Positions 63,050 to 64,000 of a DNA stretch of 64,000 bases are shown here, one piece after another. The notes below the pieces were generated by a model. The model was not told the DNA's origin and did no database searches. It worked only from the letters and a program-made list of their open reading frames with translations. Each line of letters begins with the position of its first letter. Position 1 is the stretch's first letter. The DNA is from Octopus vulgaris (taxonomy: Eukaryota), in contig OX597816.1 of NCBI GenBank assembly GCA_951406725.2, forward strand, positions 91,822,001-91,886,000, given 5' to 3'. A program made the position numbers and the translations under genes.

Positions 63050-63540
63050 CTCCCCCACCATTGCCACCACCTTGTTCATTTGAGCAACTGCTTTTCCACG
63101 CATGCCTCAATGTGTGGATTTTCTTCAGTGTCTCACCACTCTGTATAATTGTTTGTCATCTCTTTTATGATGTTCCTCTTTCCTGAGCTCAGTTTTTACT
63201 GTTTTATCCCATGTCTTCATATGTCTCTCGTTTCCACGATCTTAGATGCTTGGTACTCTATATAGCTAACATTTTACATATGCACCACATGTATTTATCA
63301 GTGTAGTCTTCTCTCTTGCATCCTATGTCTGATTCTTTTATCCAGCTCATTAGTGCTCTGTCATTCATGAACTCTAATGTTTCACATCCAATGTGACATA
63401 CTTGCTTAATTTCTTCTCAGTCATTACAAATATTCAGCATTCAGAGCCCACGACTTACTATTATGCAGTATTGCACTTCATACATAAGCATCATACAATC
63501 TCTTTGTTACTAGCTGAAGTAATAGCTCCCTGGTCTTTCT
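63050..63540 (-). mobile_element. Decayed RTE-clade LINE 3' fragment
   Basis: Homologous to 13690-14200 (shared AGTCTTCTCTCTTGCA, CTA.TATGCAG.AT..CACTTCATACA..AGCAT.ATACAATCT). Confidence 0.5.
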
Positions 63541-64000
63541 TACTCTAAGTTAACTATACTTTTAGAAAACCTACCTCCAAAAGCTATCAAGTGCTGATTG
63601 TGAGGATTTATTTTATGCATATTGTTATTGTTAACTGCTCCTGTGATTTTACTATGTATAACATCTACCTTAACTGCCAGCCTGCTTGTGATCCCAGTAC
63701 ACGTACGAATCGCTGGTATACAGTGGTAACTCTGTAGGAAACTCTGTAGCCACTATGACCTAGAGGACTGTAGTAAACAGGAGAGGTCTAACAGTTTTGT
63801 TGTACCCTACCTGCACACTAAATTTATTTAGCTACTCATTTCCTTAGTAACCATCAGATGGCAAAGACCTCTAAGTTAATGAATGCTAGATATAGGAATT
63901 TACTTTCAGTTAAGTGCCTTTCTTGCAGTTGTCCAACTGCAAAGATGGCATTGATAATAGTATATTTTCTTGGTACAAAGATGATGTGTATCTCATTTAG

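Noticed and set aside
1-64000. Remaining short 60-150 aa ORFs in the track; prokaryotic operon or defence-system reading
   Set aside because: Expected by chance in AT-rich intron DNA or overlapping real exons in part; the locus is a spliced eukaryotic gene.

Overview
AT-rich eukaryotic (animal) genomic DNA, not prokaryotic. The SINE/MITE families resemble those I know from coleoid cephalopods (Octopus-like), which is an inference. The whole window lies inside one + strand gene for a Strawberry notch (SBNO/Sno/FORGETTER1-family) SF2-type ATPase. It opens on a GTAAGT donor (pos. 1) and closes on an ...CATTTAG acceptor-like end (pos. 64000). I traced 28 coding exons by hand (ATG 12232 to 61225, 3544 coding nt, about 1181 codons, C-terminus outside the window). 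All have GT-AG boundaries and consistent intron phases. The introns are full of transposon-derived DNA: a CR1-like LINE with a 396-aa RT ORF, older decayed LINEs, a Gypsy-like remnant, two SINE families, TTAA-flanked and hAT MITEs, a non-autonomous Helitron and a DINE-1/HINE-like element. Most interesting: (i) a composite element combining a tRNA-like Pol III head, an inverted repeat and a Penelope-type hammerhead ribozyme core; (ii) a SINE whose internal 61-bp module has expanded into a 14-unit A/B higher-order minisatellite with cross-complementary hairpin arms; (iii) a divergent SBNO lacking the usual central insert; (iv) several long intronic fold-backs and inverted SINE pairs around frame-symmetric exons; (v) a candidate 21-nt microexon.
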